Of a stretch of 44,053 nt of DNA, positions 1 through 9,238 are shown one piece after another. The position numbers were made by a program, and so were the translations under genes. The notes under the pieces were generated by a model, which ran no database searches, was not told where the DNA came from, and saw nothing but the letters and a program-made list of their open reading frames with translations. The stretch is from the NCBI GenBank assembly GCA_025361445.1, contig JANYLP010000015.1:1-44053 (forward strand), read 5' to 3'. Position 1 is the stretch's first letter. Each line of letters starts with the position of its first letter. This DNA is from Coriobacteriia bacterium. Lineage in GTDB: Bacteria; Actinomycetota; Coriobacteriia; Anaerosomatales; PALSA-660.

Positions 1-1013
1 CCCGGCGGGAGGGCATCGACGACGTAGGTGTTGTAGGCGCTCTGGGTCTGCAGATCAGCCAGCGTCAGCTTCACCTTGCCGTGCAGCGCGTACTGAACCG
101 TGGAGTCGAGCTGCAACCGCATGTGGATCGCGAGTCGGTTGTAGATGACCGACGCGACCTTCGGCCTGTCCGCCGGAACCGATGCCTCACGCTCGATGAT
201 CGAGGCGATCGTGAGGGCGTCGTGCGATGTGAGCCCCTTCGATTCGGCGTACGAGTAGTCGAGCGACGCGGTCTCCTCGCCGTACTGCGCGAGCATCACG
301 TTGATGACCCCCGTGGCCGTGGTGCCCTCCTTGACCGTATACGTCTTCGGAAAGAGGTAGCCCTCGAGCGAAGGGGTCTTGTTCTCGGCGAGGAACGCAT
401 AGTGGAACTGCTTCGCACCGGTGGTGGCGAGGTTGATGAAGGCGTCGGCCGGGATGCCGAGCTTGTCCTCGAGCCGCGCGGCGGTTCGTTCGATGCCCCA
501 TCCCTCAGGGATCGTGAACGTGACCGTCGGGTCCGCGGGGGGACCCTGCTGCAGCCGGCGGATGACCGACTCGTAGTCGGAGCCGGTCACGAACGCGTAG
601 GTGCCCGCCTTGATGTCACCGGTCGCACCCATGAGCTGAGCCTGGACCCGGAACATTGTCGCGTTAGCGACGACGCCCGCCCCGGACAGCTGCGAGGCGA
701 CCTTGTCGCCGGACGACCCGTCTGCGATGACCACAGTGACGGACTTGCCCGCAAGGATGCCCGCGGCGTCGGGGCTGTAGAGCGTCGACCACGCCGCATA
801 CACGATCACGCCGACGATCAGCACGAGAAGGCCGAGCGCTATCCACAGCCGGCGCATGCGCGCCTGCGCGGAGGCAGGGATTGCCCGAGCCGGGCGACGC
901 GGAACTGAGGACCGGGGCGCGGTGCGACGCAGTGGGGACGGCCGCAGCGGCTCGTCCTCCACCTCCGGTACGTCCGTGATCTCGGGCTCGCTCAGTCGGT
1001 CGTCATCGGTCAT
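1..1013 (-). CDS. mltG: Endolytic transglycosylase MltG (YceG family), 3' end truncated by window edge
   Basis: Not in ORF track; translated by hand from ATG at 1013: MTDDDRLSEPE..., one TM helix (LWIALGLLVLIVGVIVYAAW), then IKAGTY, TIPEGW, LEGYLFPKTY and TIASIIERE motifs. Follows alaS-ruvX as is usual. Confidence 0.92.
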   Translation of the reverse strand, partial: MTDDDRLSEPEITDVPEVEDEPLRPSPLRRTAPRSSVPRRPARAIPASAQARMRRLWIALGLLVLIVGVIVYAAWSTLYSPDAAGILAGKSVTVVIADGSSGDKVASQLSGAGVVANATMFRVQAQLMGATGDIKAGTYAFVTGSDYESVIRRLQQGPPADPTVTFTIPEGWGIERTAARLEDKLGIPADAFINLATTGAKQFHYAFLAENKTPSLEGYLFPKTYTVKEGTTATGVINVMLAQYGEETASLDYSYAESKGLTSHDALTIASIIEREASVPADRPKVASVIYNRLAIHMRLQLDSTVQYALHGKVKLTLADLQTQSAYNTYVVDALPP

Positions 1014-1018
1014 GTGGG

Positions 1019-1441
1019 TCAGTCTCCGTGGCCGTGATCCGCTTCCAGGTAGCTTTGCAGCAGCACCGACGCGGCGACCATGTCGACCGCGCCGCGCCGC
1101 GCTCGTGCATCCGCGCCGGCGGCCGCCATCGCCCGCTCGGCTTCGGCACTCGTGAACCGCTCGTCATGGTAAGCGACGACTATGCCGAGAGGCTCGATAA
1201 GTCGCCGCACTGTTGCCCGAACGGTAGCTGCCTGTGGGCCTTCATCGCCGGCGAGCGTCAGTGGCAGGCCCACGACGATCTCGCCCGGCTCGTAGTCCTC
1301 GACGAGCCGGCGCAGCGGCCCGGCATCGCGCGCGAGGGCACGCGCGTCCAGCACCGTGAGCGGCGTTGCGACCGTTCCGGTCGGGTCGGAGACGGCGACG
1401 CCGATCCTGCGCTCGCCGATGTCGAGCCCGAGGCGGCGCAT
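1019..1441 (-). CDS. ruvX: Holliday junction resolvase-like / pre-16S rRNA nuclease RuvX (YqgF)
   Basis: LGLDIGERRIGVAVSD, VVGLP, DERFTS and VDMVAA motifs; directly downstream of alaS. Confidence 0.95.
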   Translation of the reverse strand: MRRLGLDIGERRIGVAVSDPTGTVATPLTVLDARALARDAGPLRRLVEDYEPGEIVVGLPLTLAGDEGPQAATVRATVRRLIEPLGIVVAYHDERFTSAEAERAMAAAGADARARRGAVDMVAASVLLQSYLEADHGHGD

Positions 1442-1450
1442 GACGGTCCC

Positions 1451-4072
1451 CTATCCCGCGACCAGCGCGCGAGCCGCCGCGAGCGCGGCTTCCACGCCGC
1501 TCGCATCGTCGCCGCCACCCTGTGCCATCGCTGGCTTGCCTCCGCCACGACCGCCCACGTGCGGAGCCATCGCCTTCACGATCGCTCCGGCGTCGAAGCC
1601 GGCCGCGATCGCTTCGGGAGAACCGGCCGCGAGCAGGAGCACGCGGCCCTCGGCGACGGCGGCAAGAACGACCGCGTCCACCGTTCGCCGCAGGACGTCC
1701 GACCATTCGCGCAGGTCGTCGACACTCTCCATCTCGGGAACGAGACCGACAGCGACCTTGTGACCTGCCGCTGAGGTGACGGTCGGGAACTCGTCGAATG
1801 ACGCGCCACCCTGAGCGCGCTTCTTCGCGTCTGCGATGACCTTCTCGAGTTCACGAACGCGCTTCAGCGTCGCGGTCACGCGATCGGCGACCTCGCTCGG
1901 ACGGCTCTTGAACGCGTCGGCCGCAGCGACGAGCACGACCTCCTCCTCGCGCAGGTACTCCAGCGCGTCAAAGCTCGTGATCGCCTCTATGCGGCGCAGG
2001 TTCGAGCCGACCGACCCCTCGCTCGTGACCTTGAGCAGGCCGATCTCGGTCGTGCGCGTGACGTGCGTTCCGCCGCACAGCTCGTGGCTGAAGTTCCCGA
2101 CCTCGAGCACGCGGACGATCTCGCCGTACTTCTCGCCGAACAGAGCGGTCACACCGGACTCCCGGGCGGCCTGCAGAGTCGTCTCGTAGGCCCGCACCGG
2201 ATGGTCTTCCATGATCTTGGCGTTCACGAGCCGCTCCACCTTCGCGAGCTGCTCGGCGCTGACGGCCTCGAAGTGCGTGAAGTCGAACCTGAGGCGCTCG
2301 GGGCTGACGAAGCTGCCCGACTGCTTCACGTGGTCGCCGAGCACGAGCCGGAGCGCCCAGTGCAGCAGGTGGGTCGCCGTGTGGTTTCGGCGGATGCGCT
2401 CGCGGCGCAGGTGATAGATCTTGGCGTGGACCTGCTCGCCCACGGCCAGCGAGCCCGACTCCAGCAGGCCCCGGTGCGAGACGAGTCCGGCGAGCGGGAG
2501 CTTCGTGTCCTCGACGAGGAATGCGCCGTCCGAAGCGACGAGCTCGCCGGTGTCCCCGACCTGACCGCCCTGCTCTCCGTAGAACGTGGTGGTGTCGAGC
2601 ACGACATCGGCGACCTGCCCGGCATCGATGCGCTCGACTGCCGCACCATCCACAAGGATCGCGAGCACTCGGGCGGTCGCCTCGTCGACTTCGTAGCCGA
2701 GGAAATCGGTCCGGCCGCTGGCGCGCGCGATGTCGTCGAACGAGGATCCGATGTTCCACGACTCATCCTTGACCGCCGAACGCGCGCGATGTCGCTGCGC
2801 GGCCATGTCCGCCTCGAACGCGGTCATGTCGACGTGCAGACCGGCCTCTGCGGCGATCTCGGACGTGAGCTCGATCGGGAACCCGTACGTGTCGTGCAGC
2901 GTGAACGCGACCGAGCCGTCGAGCGCATTGCCGTGTATGGAGCCCTTCGTCCGATCGATCTCGGCCTCGAGCAGGACGAGCCCCTGGCGCAGTGTCGCGC
3001 CGAACCGCTGCTCTTCCGAGAGCACGATGCGGGTGATGAACGAGTGGTGCTCGACGATCTCCGGGTACGCGGGACCCATGAGCTCCACGACGACGTCGAT
3101 CAGCGTACCGAGGAATGGGTCATCGACACCAAGAAGGCGACCGTGGCGCACAGCACGACGCAGGATGCGCCTCAGCACGTAGCCCCGGCCCTCGTTCGCG
3201 GGAAGGATGCCGTCAGCGATCATGAACGCGACCGCGCGGGCGTGGTCCGCCAGGATACGAAGGGATGTATCGACCCTCTCCCCTTCCGCACCGTACACAC
3301 GACCCGTGATCTCCTGCGCCTTCGCCATGATCGTCTTTAGAACGTCCGTCTCGTAGTTGCTCGTGACGCCCTGCAGGATGCCGGCGATGCGCTCGAGGCC
3401 CATGCCCGTATCGATGTTCTGCTTCGGCAGCGGGGTCATGGTGCCGTCTTCGGCCCGGTCGTACTGCATGAACACGAGGTTCCAGTACTCGAGATACCGG
3501 TCGCAGTCGCAGCCGATGGCGCAATCGGGGCTGCCGCAGCCGACCTCGGGGCCCTGGTCGTAGTAGAGCTCGGAGCAGGGGCCGCACGGCCCGGTGGGGC
3601 CGGCCGCCCAGAAGTTGTCCTTGGCGCCCATGCGCACTATGCGGTCCTGCGGCACGCCGACGACGTCACGCCAGATGCGCTCGGCATCGTCGTCGTCCTC
3701 GAAGATCGTGAACCACAGCCGGGTCGGGTCGAGGCCCAGGACGTCGACGGAGTACTCGTACGCCCAGGTGCAGGCCTCGGTCTTGAAGTAATCGCCGAAT
3801 CTGAAATTCCCGAGCATTTCGAAGAACGAGTGGTGCCGCCCCGTGGTCCCGATGATGTCGATGTCGGTGGTACGGACGCACTTCTGCACCGTGGTCGCTC
3901 GAGTGAAGCCGAGGTCGCGCACACCGAGGAATACCGGCTTGAACTGCACCATGCCGGCGCTCGTCATCAGCAAGGAGGGATCGTCGGGTACGAGCGACGA
4001 GGACGGCCAGCGGCGGCAGCCCTTGCTCTCGAAGAAGGACAGGTAGCTCTCGCGGATCTCGGCGGAGTTCAC
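1451..4072 (-). CDS. alaS: Alanine--tRNA ligase
   Basis: 873 aa; SAGMVQFKP, QKCVR, FFEMLGNF, WNLVFMQY, IDTGMGLER, editing motifs HTATH and ELCGGTH, C-terminal GGRGGG. Confidence 0.99.
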   Translation of the reverse strand: MNSAEIRESYLSFFESKGCRRWPSSSLVPDDPSLLMTSAGMVQFKPVFLGVRDLGFTRATTVQKCVRTTDIDIIGTTGRHHSFFEMLGNFRFGDYFKTEACTWAYEYSVDVLGLDPTRLWFTIFEDDDDAERIWRDVVGVPQDRIVRMGAKDNFWAAGPTGPCGPCSELYYDQGPEVGCGSPDCAIGCDCDRYLEYWNLVFMQYDRAEDGTMTPLPKQNIDTGMGLERIAGILQGVTSNYETDVLKTIMAKAQEITGRVYGAEGERVDTSLRILADHARAVAFMIADGILPANEGRGYVLRRILRRAVRHGRLLGVDDPFLGTLIDVVVELMGPAYPEIVEHHSFITRIVLSEEQRFGATLRQGLVLLEAEIDRTKGSIHGNALDGSVAFTLHDTYGFPIELTSEIAAEAGLHVDMTAFEADMAAQRHRARSAVKDESWNIGSSFDDIARASGRTDFLGYEVDEATARVLAILVDGAAVERIDAGQVADVVLDTTTFYGEQGGQVGDTGELVASDGAFLVEDTKLPLAGLVSHRGLLESGSLAVGEQVHAKIYHLRRERIRRNHTATHLLHWALRLVLGDHVKQSGSFVSPERLRFDFTHFEAVSAEQLAKVERLVNAKIMEDHPVRAYETTLQAARESGVTALFGEKYGEIVRVLEVGNFSHELCGGTHVTRTTEIGLLKVTSEGSVGSNLRRIEAITSFDALEYLREEEVVLVAAADAFKSRPSEVADRVTATLKRVRELEKVIADAKKRAQGGASFDEFPTVTSAAGHKVAVGLVPEMESVDDLREWSDVLRRTVDAVVLAAVAEGRVLLLAAGSPEAIAAGFDAGAIVKAMAPHVGGRGGGKPAMAQGGGDDASGVEAALAAARALVAG

Positions 4073-4105
4073 TTGCGGCGCCTGCGTCTCTTCCGGTGGT
4101 TGTCA

Positions 4106-4163
4106 GCACTCGCGCGCGTGCGTACGCGAGTGCATACGTGCGCTTACCCTCGGATTCTACCGT
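4106..4163 (-). promoter_or_regulatory. Putative alaS promoter (-10 TAGAAT at 4154-4159) and 5' leader hairpin (4106-4133)
   Basis: Minus strand reads cacggTAGAATccga. A 9-bp inverted repeat gcactcgcg/cgcgagtgc lies between it and the start codon. Confidence 0.55.
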
Positions 4164-4197
4164 GAGCGGGGCGCTGCGGCGATACTCGCGGACGCGC

Positions 4198-5409
4198 TCA
4201 GCCGTCGCGCCCGCTCGGCTCGCCGGAGCCATCAGATGCGAGGTCGTCATCCGGCTTCGCGCGGTCGAGCGACGCGCTGTCATCCTCGGTGTCCTGCTTG
4301 GAAGCGCGGAAGATCACGCCGTCCTCGTCGGTCAGGGGATGGTCGGTCGACTTCTCGTACCGGTAGAGGAGCATGCCCTTGGCGACGGCCGCGACCGGCA
4401 CCGAGAACACCATCCCCGCCATCCCGAACAGCGCGGTTCCGAGCAGCAGCGACGAGAGAACGATGAGCGGGTGCAGATCGACGCTTTCCGACATGATCCG
4501 TGGCGCGAACACGAAGCCGTTGATGTTCGATGCGGCCCATGCCACGAGGAACGCCCACAGCGCCATCCACGGCCCGAGGATCAGCCCGGCGGCGCCTGCG
4601 ATCACCCAACTGATTGTCGACCCGACGTAGGGCACCGGGTTGAGTAGTCCGCCGAGCACGCCGATCAGGACCGCATACGGCACGTTCAGCAACATGAGAC
4701 CGACCGTCATGAGTACGCCGACGATGACCGACTGGATCAGCGTCCCGGTGAGCCACCCGCCGACCACGCGCGTGGTCGTCCGCAGCGCATGCGCGAGCTC
4801 CTCGCGCGACTTCTCCCCCGCTATCGCGAACACCTCGCGCTCCAGACGCGGCAGGTCGGCGAGGGCGTAGAAGGCGATCATCAGTGCGATCGTCACGTTG
4901 AAGAAGACGGCCATGACCCAGCCGCCCGCGTTGAGCGCGAATTGTGCGGCGCCGGTGGAGAGCGATCCGGAAGCCGCGAGCAGCTGGTCCTTGAGCGCCA
5001 CCGTCGCGGTCCGCAGCCACGCGGAGTCCGGGGTGGTCTGCTTCAGCATGACGTTGTCCTGCCACCAGTTGTACGACTGGGTGACGTAGCCTCCCGCTGC
5101 CTGGACGAACTGGACGATCTGGGCGTAAACGGGAGGGATGATGACCATCAGCATGATGGCGATGACCACGAGAGAGCCGAGATAGACGACGATCACCGAA
5201 GCCGTGCGACCGATCTTCTGCCCGACGAACTCGACCGGACCTTCGAGCAGAAGCACGATCAGTAGGCCCAGAGTGAGCGGGAGCAATGCGAAGGAAATGG
5301 CCGACAGCAGCCATATCCCCGCGAAGACCAGAACGACGATGCCGACGACGGTCCACACCCGGATCCCGGCGAGCGTCCAGCGTGCCTTGGAGTGCTCGTT
5401 CGAGGCCAT
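4198..5409 (-). CDS. AI-2E family (PerM/YhhT) transporter
   Basis: Multi-TM protein with LNPVPYVG, FVFAPRIMSESVDLHP and GMVFSVPVAA motifs. Start set at ATG 5409 (MASNEH), just after the sigma factor stop. Confidence 0.88.
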   Translation of the reverse strand: MASNEHSKARWTLAGIRVWTVVGIVVLVFAGIWLLSAISFALLPLTLGLLIVLLLEGPVEFVGQKIGRTASVIVVYLGSLVVIAIMLMVIIPPVYAQIVQFVQAAGGYVTQSYNWWQDNVMLKQTTPDSAWLRTATVALKDQLLAASGSLSTGAAQFALNAGGWVMAVFFNVTIALMIAFYALADLPRLEREVFAIAGEKSREELAHALRTTTRVVGGWLTGTLIQSVIVGVLMTVGLMLLNVPYAVLIGVLGGLLNPVPYVGSTISWVIAGAAGLILGPWMALWAFLVAWAASNINGFVFAPRIMSESVDLHPLIVLSSLLLGTALFGMAGMVFSVPVAAVAKGMLLYRYEKSTDHPLTDEDGVIFRASKQDTEDDSASLDRAKPDDDLASDGSGEPSGRDG

Positions 5410-5411
5410 GA

Positions 5412-6212
5412 TCAGTAGCTCCCCTCGGGCACGATGCCTTGACGAAGTGTTCGCAGCGTCCGTCGCAGCAGACGCGATACCTGCATCTGCGAGATACCCA
5501 ACTTCTCCGCGATCTCGGTCTGGGTCAGTCCCTCGAAGAACCGCAGATAGAGCACACGCTGCTCCTGCGGCCCGACGGCCTTGAGTGCGGCTGTCAGGAC
5601 CGCGCGGTCGTCGACCACGCTCAGCAGCTTGTCGTCGTGGCCGATGTACTCGAGTATCGAGAACGACTCGGAACCGTCGCTGGTCCGGTCCGTCTCCAGT
5701 GAGACGAAGTTGTACGCGTCGAACGTCTCGAACGCCTCGAGGACGTCGTCGGGAGTCACACCGAGGTACTCGGCTATCTCGGGCACCATGGGCGAACGCT
5801 GCAGCTTGGACGTCAGCGCGTCGACGGCCTGATTGACCTTGAACGAGAGTTCCTGGAGCCGCCTCGGGACCTTGACGGCCCAACCCTTGTCGCGGAAGTG
5901 GCGCTTGATCTCCCCCACGATCGTGGGCGTCGCGTAGGTCGTGAACTCGACCTCACGCTCGATGTCGAAGCGGTCGACCGCCTTGATCAGCCCGATCGTG
6001 CCGACCTGGATGAGGTCGTCCACCGGCTCGCCGCGGTTGCGGAAGCGGCTCGCAAGGTACTTCACGAGGTTCAGGTACATCTCGACGAGCTCGTCGCGTG
6101 CGGCCTCGTCCCCGTTGAGGCGGTAGGCGACGAACAGCTCGTGAGTGAGCTGCTTGTCCCACACGAGCCTCCGGGAAGGCCGGGTGGTGCGTCGTCGGGG
6201 CGTGATCGCCAC
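5412..6212 (-). CDS. SigB/SigF/SigG family (group 3) RNA polymerase sigma factor
   Basis: DDLIQVGTIGLIKAVDRFD, FTTYATPTIVGEIKRHFRDKGWAVKVPRRLQEL, and region 4 LTQTEIAEKLGISQMQVSRLL. Confidence 0.95.
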   Translation of the reverse strand: MAITPRRRTTRPSRRLVWDKQLTHELFVAYRLNGDEAARDELVEMYLNLVKYLASRFRNRGEPVDDLIQVGTIGLIKAVDRFDIEREVEFTTYATPTIVGEIKRHFRDKGWAVKVPRRLQELSFKVNQAVDALTSKLQRSPMVPEIAEYLGVTPDDVLEAFETFDAYNFVSLETDRTSDGSESFSILEYIGHDDKLLSVVDDRAVLTAALKAVGPQEQRVLYLRFFEGLTQTEIAEKLGISQMQVSRLLRRTLRTLRQGIVPEGSY

Positions 6213-6217
6213 TCCCG

Positions 6218-6595
6218 CTACACCGTTCTCTTCACCAGTCGGATGTGGCAGGAGTCGTCGTCAGAGACTAGTTCGAACTCGTCACAGATCGATTCGAGGA
6301 TGTAGCGCGAGTAGCGTTCGCCGCGGTCCGGCCCGTCATCGTCACACGAAGGAAGAAGAGGACCGACCTCAAGGACCACGAAGCCCGCGCCCACATCGAA
6401 CGTGAAGGTCACGTTCGGTCCCATGATGTGCTCCGACGCGAAGACGAACGCTTCTTCGACGGCCAGCCGGACATCCTCGATGCCTTCGATATCCATCCCG
6501 GCTCGTGACGCCAGTTCGGCAGCGGTCATCCGCACCGTGCGAGCGAACTCGCCCAGCGCGGGCACCGTCAGAACCACTCTGTCTGCGTCGGCCAT
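6218..6595 (-). CDS. RsbW-like anti-sigma factor (HATPase_c_2 fold, degenerate ATP-binding motifs)
   Basis: VVLTVPA...VRMTAA...IEDVRLAVEEA...ILESICDE pattern, immediately upstream of the SigB-type sigma. GGGAGG RBS precedes ATG 6595. Confidence 0.82.
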   Translation of the reverse strand: MADADRVVLTVPALGEFARTVRMTAAELASRAGMDIEGIEDVRLAVEEAFVFASEHIMGPNVTFTFDVGAGFVVLEVGPLLPSCDDDGPDRGERYSRYILESICDEFELVSDDDSCHIRLVKRTV

Positions 6596-6665
6596 CGAAA
6601 GCCTCCCGATCGTGGGTTCGTGCACGTGCGCCGAGCAGTGCGTAGGTCGGGCCCCGAGAAGCCCG

Positions 6666-7019
6666 CTACTTCCGGAACAGGGTCCGCAGGAAGGTCAGCG
6701 CGCCCTCAGCCAAGCCGGTCATGGCCGCCACCGGCGCGTCCACGAGCCCCTGCGCGGCGCGAGTCGTGCTGGTCACGCGGTCGGATACCTCTTCGATCTG
6801 CGAGACGACCCCATTGATGCGCTTGAGTTCCAGGTCGACCGAGTCGAGTGTGGACTCGGCGCGCTCGATAAGTGGCGGCAACGTCTTCTGCAAGTCGTCG
6901 GAGAGTGTCCGGACGGAGCGCGCCGTTGCGACAAGCTCGCGCACGCACCAGATCGCAAAACCGACGAAGATGATGAGCGCCGTATAGAGCGCGATGACAA
7001 GGCCCGCCTGAACGTCCAT
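6666..7019 (-). CDS. DUF948 (YtxG-like) membrane-anchored coiled-coil protein
   Basis: N-terminal TM helix followed by heptad-rich helix (LPPLIERAESTLDSVDLELKRINGVV). Alternative GTG start at 7031. Confidence 0.65.
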   Translation of the reverse strand: MDVQAGLVIALYTALIIFVGFAIWCVRELVATARSVRTLSDDLQKTLPPLIERAESTLDSVDLELKRINGVVSQIEEVSDRVTSTTRAAQGLVDAPVAAMTGLAEGALTFLRTLFRK

Positions 7020-7056
7020 CTTGAGCTGCACCCCCGCTGGTAGGACCGTCGTTCCG

Positions 7057-7065
7057 AGTCTAGCA
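7057..7065 (-). promoter_or_regulatory. Extended -10 promoter (TGcTAGACT) for the DUF948-rsbW-sigma operon
   Basis: Minus strand tcTGcTAGACTcgg in the rarA/DUF948 intergenic gap; matches TGnTAnnnT. Confidence 0.5.
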
Positions 7066-7074
7066 GACCCCTGC

Positions 7075-8391
7075 TCAGGCGCCGGGCTTCGTGCGGCGCT
7101 CGATCATCGCCTTGCGCGCCGTGGCGCGCTCGGCCTCCCAGCCCTTCGAGCCGGCCTTGAAGAAGACACCTTCGGCGAGCCCTTCGGGCAGGTATCGCTG
7201 ATCCACCCAGCCATCCGGGAAGTCATGCGGATAGCGGTACGGGCCGTAGGACTCGGCTCCGGGTCGGTGCCTGTCGCGCAGGTGGTCCGGCACGGAGCGC
7301 GACGGACCCGTGCGCACGTCCTTCAGCGCCGAATCAATCGCGAGATACGACGCGTTGCTCTTGGGAGCGAGCGCGAGGTAGACGGCCGCCTGGGCCAGGT
7401 TGATGCGACACTCGGGCCACCCGATCGACTCCGCTGCCTTGAAGGCGGCCGCGGCGACCTGGATCGCCTGGGGGTCGGCGTTGCCGACGTCCTCACTCGC
7501 GAAGATGAGCATGCGGCGGGCGATGAACTTCGGGTCCTCGCCTCCGTGAACCATGCGGGCGAGGTAGTACACCGCCGCGTCCGGGTCGCTACCCCGCATC
7601 GACTTGATGAAGGCGGAGATCACGTCGTAGTGCGTGTCGCCGCGCTTGTCGTACGTGAGCTGCCGGGCCCCGCCAAGGCGTTCGAGCACGGCGACGTCGA
7701 TCTGCGCGCCCGGGCCAGCCTCGGCCGCCGCCTGTTCGAGGGTGTTGAGCGCCGCGCGCGCGTCCCCGCCTGCACGGAGCACGATCGCGTCCTCGGCCTC
7801 CGGCGCGAGCGGATTCGCCCCGGCAAGGCCGCGCTCGGCATCGGCAAGCGCGCCGCGCACGATCCGACGCACATCCTCGTCCGTCAGCGGGTGCAGCTCG
7901 ACCACACGCGAACGCGAGATGAGCGGCGCGTTGACCTCGAAGAACGGGTTCTCCGTCGTGGCACCGATGAGGATGACGAGCCGATCCTCGACCGCGTGCA
8001 GGAGCGCGTCCTGCTGCGACTTCGAGAAGCGGTGTATCTCGTCGATGAACAGGATCGTGCGCCTGCCCTGGAACGACAGTCGGTCGCGCGCGGTGTCGAT
8101 CGACTTCCTGATGTCCGCTACGCCCGAGCTGACGGCCGAGACCTCGGTGAAGGCGGCGGCCGTCGTGTTCGCGATGACCCTCGCCAGGCTCGTCTTCCCG
8201 CAGCCGGCGGGTCCGTACAGGATCAGTGAGCTGAGTTCGTCCCGCTCGATCGCCGCCCGCAGAGCCGTATCCGGCCCCACCGCCTGCTCCTGCCCGACGA
8301 ATTCGTCCAGCGAACGCGGACGCATCCTCGCCGCGAGTGGTGCTTCGCGAGCGAGGATGCTGTCGGTCGAATCGGAGAAGAGGTCAGTCAC
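7075..8391 (-). CDS. rarA: Replication-associated recombination protein A (RarA/MgsA AAA+ ATPase)
   Basis: PLAARMRP, GPAGCGKT, FIDEIHRF, GATTENP, YDVISAFIKSMRGSDPDAA and ASEDVGNAD motifs. Confidence 0.97.
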   Translation of the reverse strand: MTDLFSDSTDSILAREAPLAARMRPRSLDEFVGQEQAVGPDTALRAAIERDELSSLILYGPAGCGKTSLARVIANTTAAAFTEVSAVSSGVADIRKSIDTARDRLSFQGRRTILFIDEIHRFSKSQQDALLHAVEDRLVILIGATTENPFFEVNAPLISRSRVVELHPLTDEDVRRIVRGALADAERGLAGANPLAPEAEDAIVLRAGGDARAALNTLEQAAAEAGPGAQIDVAVLERLGGARQLTYDKRGDTHYDVISAFIKSMRGSDPDAAVYYLARMVHGGEDPKFIARRMLIFASEDVGNADPQAIQVAAAAFKAAESIGWPECRINLAQAAVYLALAPKSNASYLAIDSALKDVRTGPSRSVPDHLRDRHRPGAESYGPYRYPHDFPDGWVDQRYLPEGLAEGVFFKAGSKGWEAERATARKAMIERRTKPGA

Positions 8392-8413
8392 GTCGGTGGT
8401 CGTAGCCCCCGTG

Positions 8414-8998
8414 CTACTGGGTGGCGCGCATCACTTCGCGCACGAGGAGGCCGCTGTCGACGATGCCGGCGAACCGGTAGGTGATGCGGCCGTACTGGTC
8501 GACGAAGACGATGTAAGGCGTCGTGCTGATCCGTAGCGACCTCGCGAACAGCGCGATCTTCGCCGTCTCAGAACCGGCGGGTGCCGTCGTATTGGTCGAG
8601 GGAAGACCGACGGTGTAGTCGATGGAGACGAGTTCGATCGCGCCGGTGTACTTCTTGAGAGCCGACGTGATCTCCTTGACCTGGTCCGTCGCGACCTTGG
8701 TGGTCGAGTCGTACCAGAACAGCAGCATCGGCTTCTTCGCCGCGACGTTGGCGAGTACCGAAGCCGGAACGACCGCGGCGTCCTTCGAGAGTGTCTCTCC
8801 CGGCGTCACTGTCTGCGTAGGCGAGTAGATGTCACCAGGAGCTGCAGCACCCGTCTGACCGGTGACAGCCGGCTGATTGGCCCTCGCGACCGGCGCAGGG
8901 GTGGGGCTGGTGGTTGTCGTGGCCGCCGGCGCCCCGCCGCACGCGACAAGTGCTGTGGCGACCATGACGATCATAAGAACTGTGACGACTCTTCGCAT
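8414..8998 (-). CDS. Putative lipoprotein with thioredoxin-like fold lacking CxxC
   Basis: Signal peptide with lipobox ALVA-C, Ala/Pro/Thr linker, then KPMLLFWY...TTPYIVFVDQYGRITYRFAG, which resembles the Trx cis-Pro strand pattern. Confidence 0.6.
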   Translation of the reverse strand: MRRVVTVLMIVMVATALVACGGAPAATTTTSPTPAPVARANQPAVTGQTGAAAPGDIYSPTQTVTPGETLSKDAAVVPASVLANVAAKKPMLLFWYDSTTKVATDQVKEITSALKKYTGAIELVSIDYTVGLPSTNTTAPAGSETAKIALFARSLRISTTPYIVFVDQYGRITYRFAGIVDSGLLVREVMRATQ

Positions 8999-9053
8999 GT
9001 AGCTGCCCTCCGCCGGTGCTGCCTAGCCGGTCAGGTACTCCCCGCTCCCCACT

Positions 9054-9232
9054 AACCCCGCCTTGCCGTGCCTCGACTGGTGAACCTGTCTCTAGTGACA
9101 GGGGGGTGTCCGCACCCCGGATTCCGTGCTTCCCCTACGAGGGGGCTTCCGCGTCCGCCGGGCTGATGTAGGACTCCCAATTACAAAATACTGGTTCAAC
9201 CGATATGTCGAAGTCACGAGCAAGGCGAAGTC
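9054..9232 (-). ncRNA. ssrS: 6S RNA
   Basis: About 179 nt. 5' gacttcgccttgc pairs with 3' gcaaggcggggtt; UGAACC/GGUUCA pair flanks an A/U-rich central bubble; GGGAG and CACC motifs; long terminal stem. Lies downstream of aspS as B. subtilis 6S-1 RNA does; own -10 TAGTAT at 9239-9244. Confidence 0.9.
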
Positions 9233-9238
9233 TACTCC

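Noticed and set aside
3799-3803. AGA-to-Ser codon reassignment suggested by the alaS motif
   Set aside because: Other AGA codons in the window fit Arg (signal peptide MRR of the 8998 lipoprotein; ELVR and RARR in the ECF sigma), so one site is not evidence of a code change.
4073-4160. T-box riboswitch upstream of alaS (also checked upstream of hisS)
   Set aside because: Leaders are under 90 nt and lack the T-box UGGNACC sequence and stem I.
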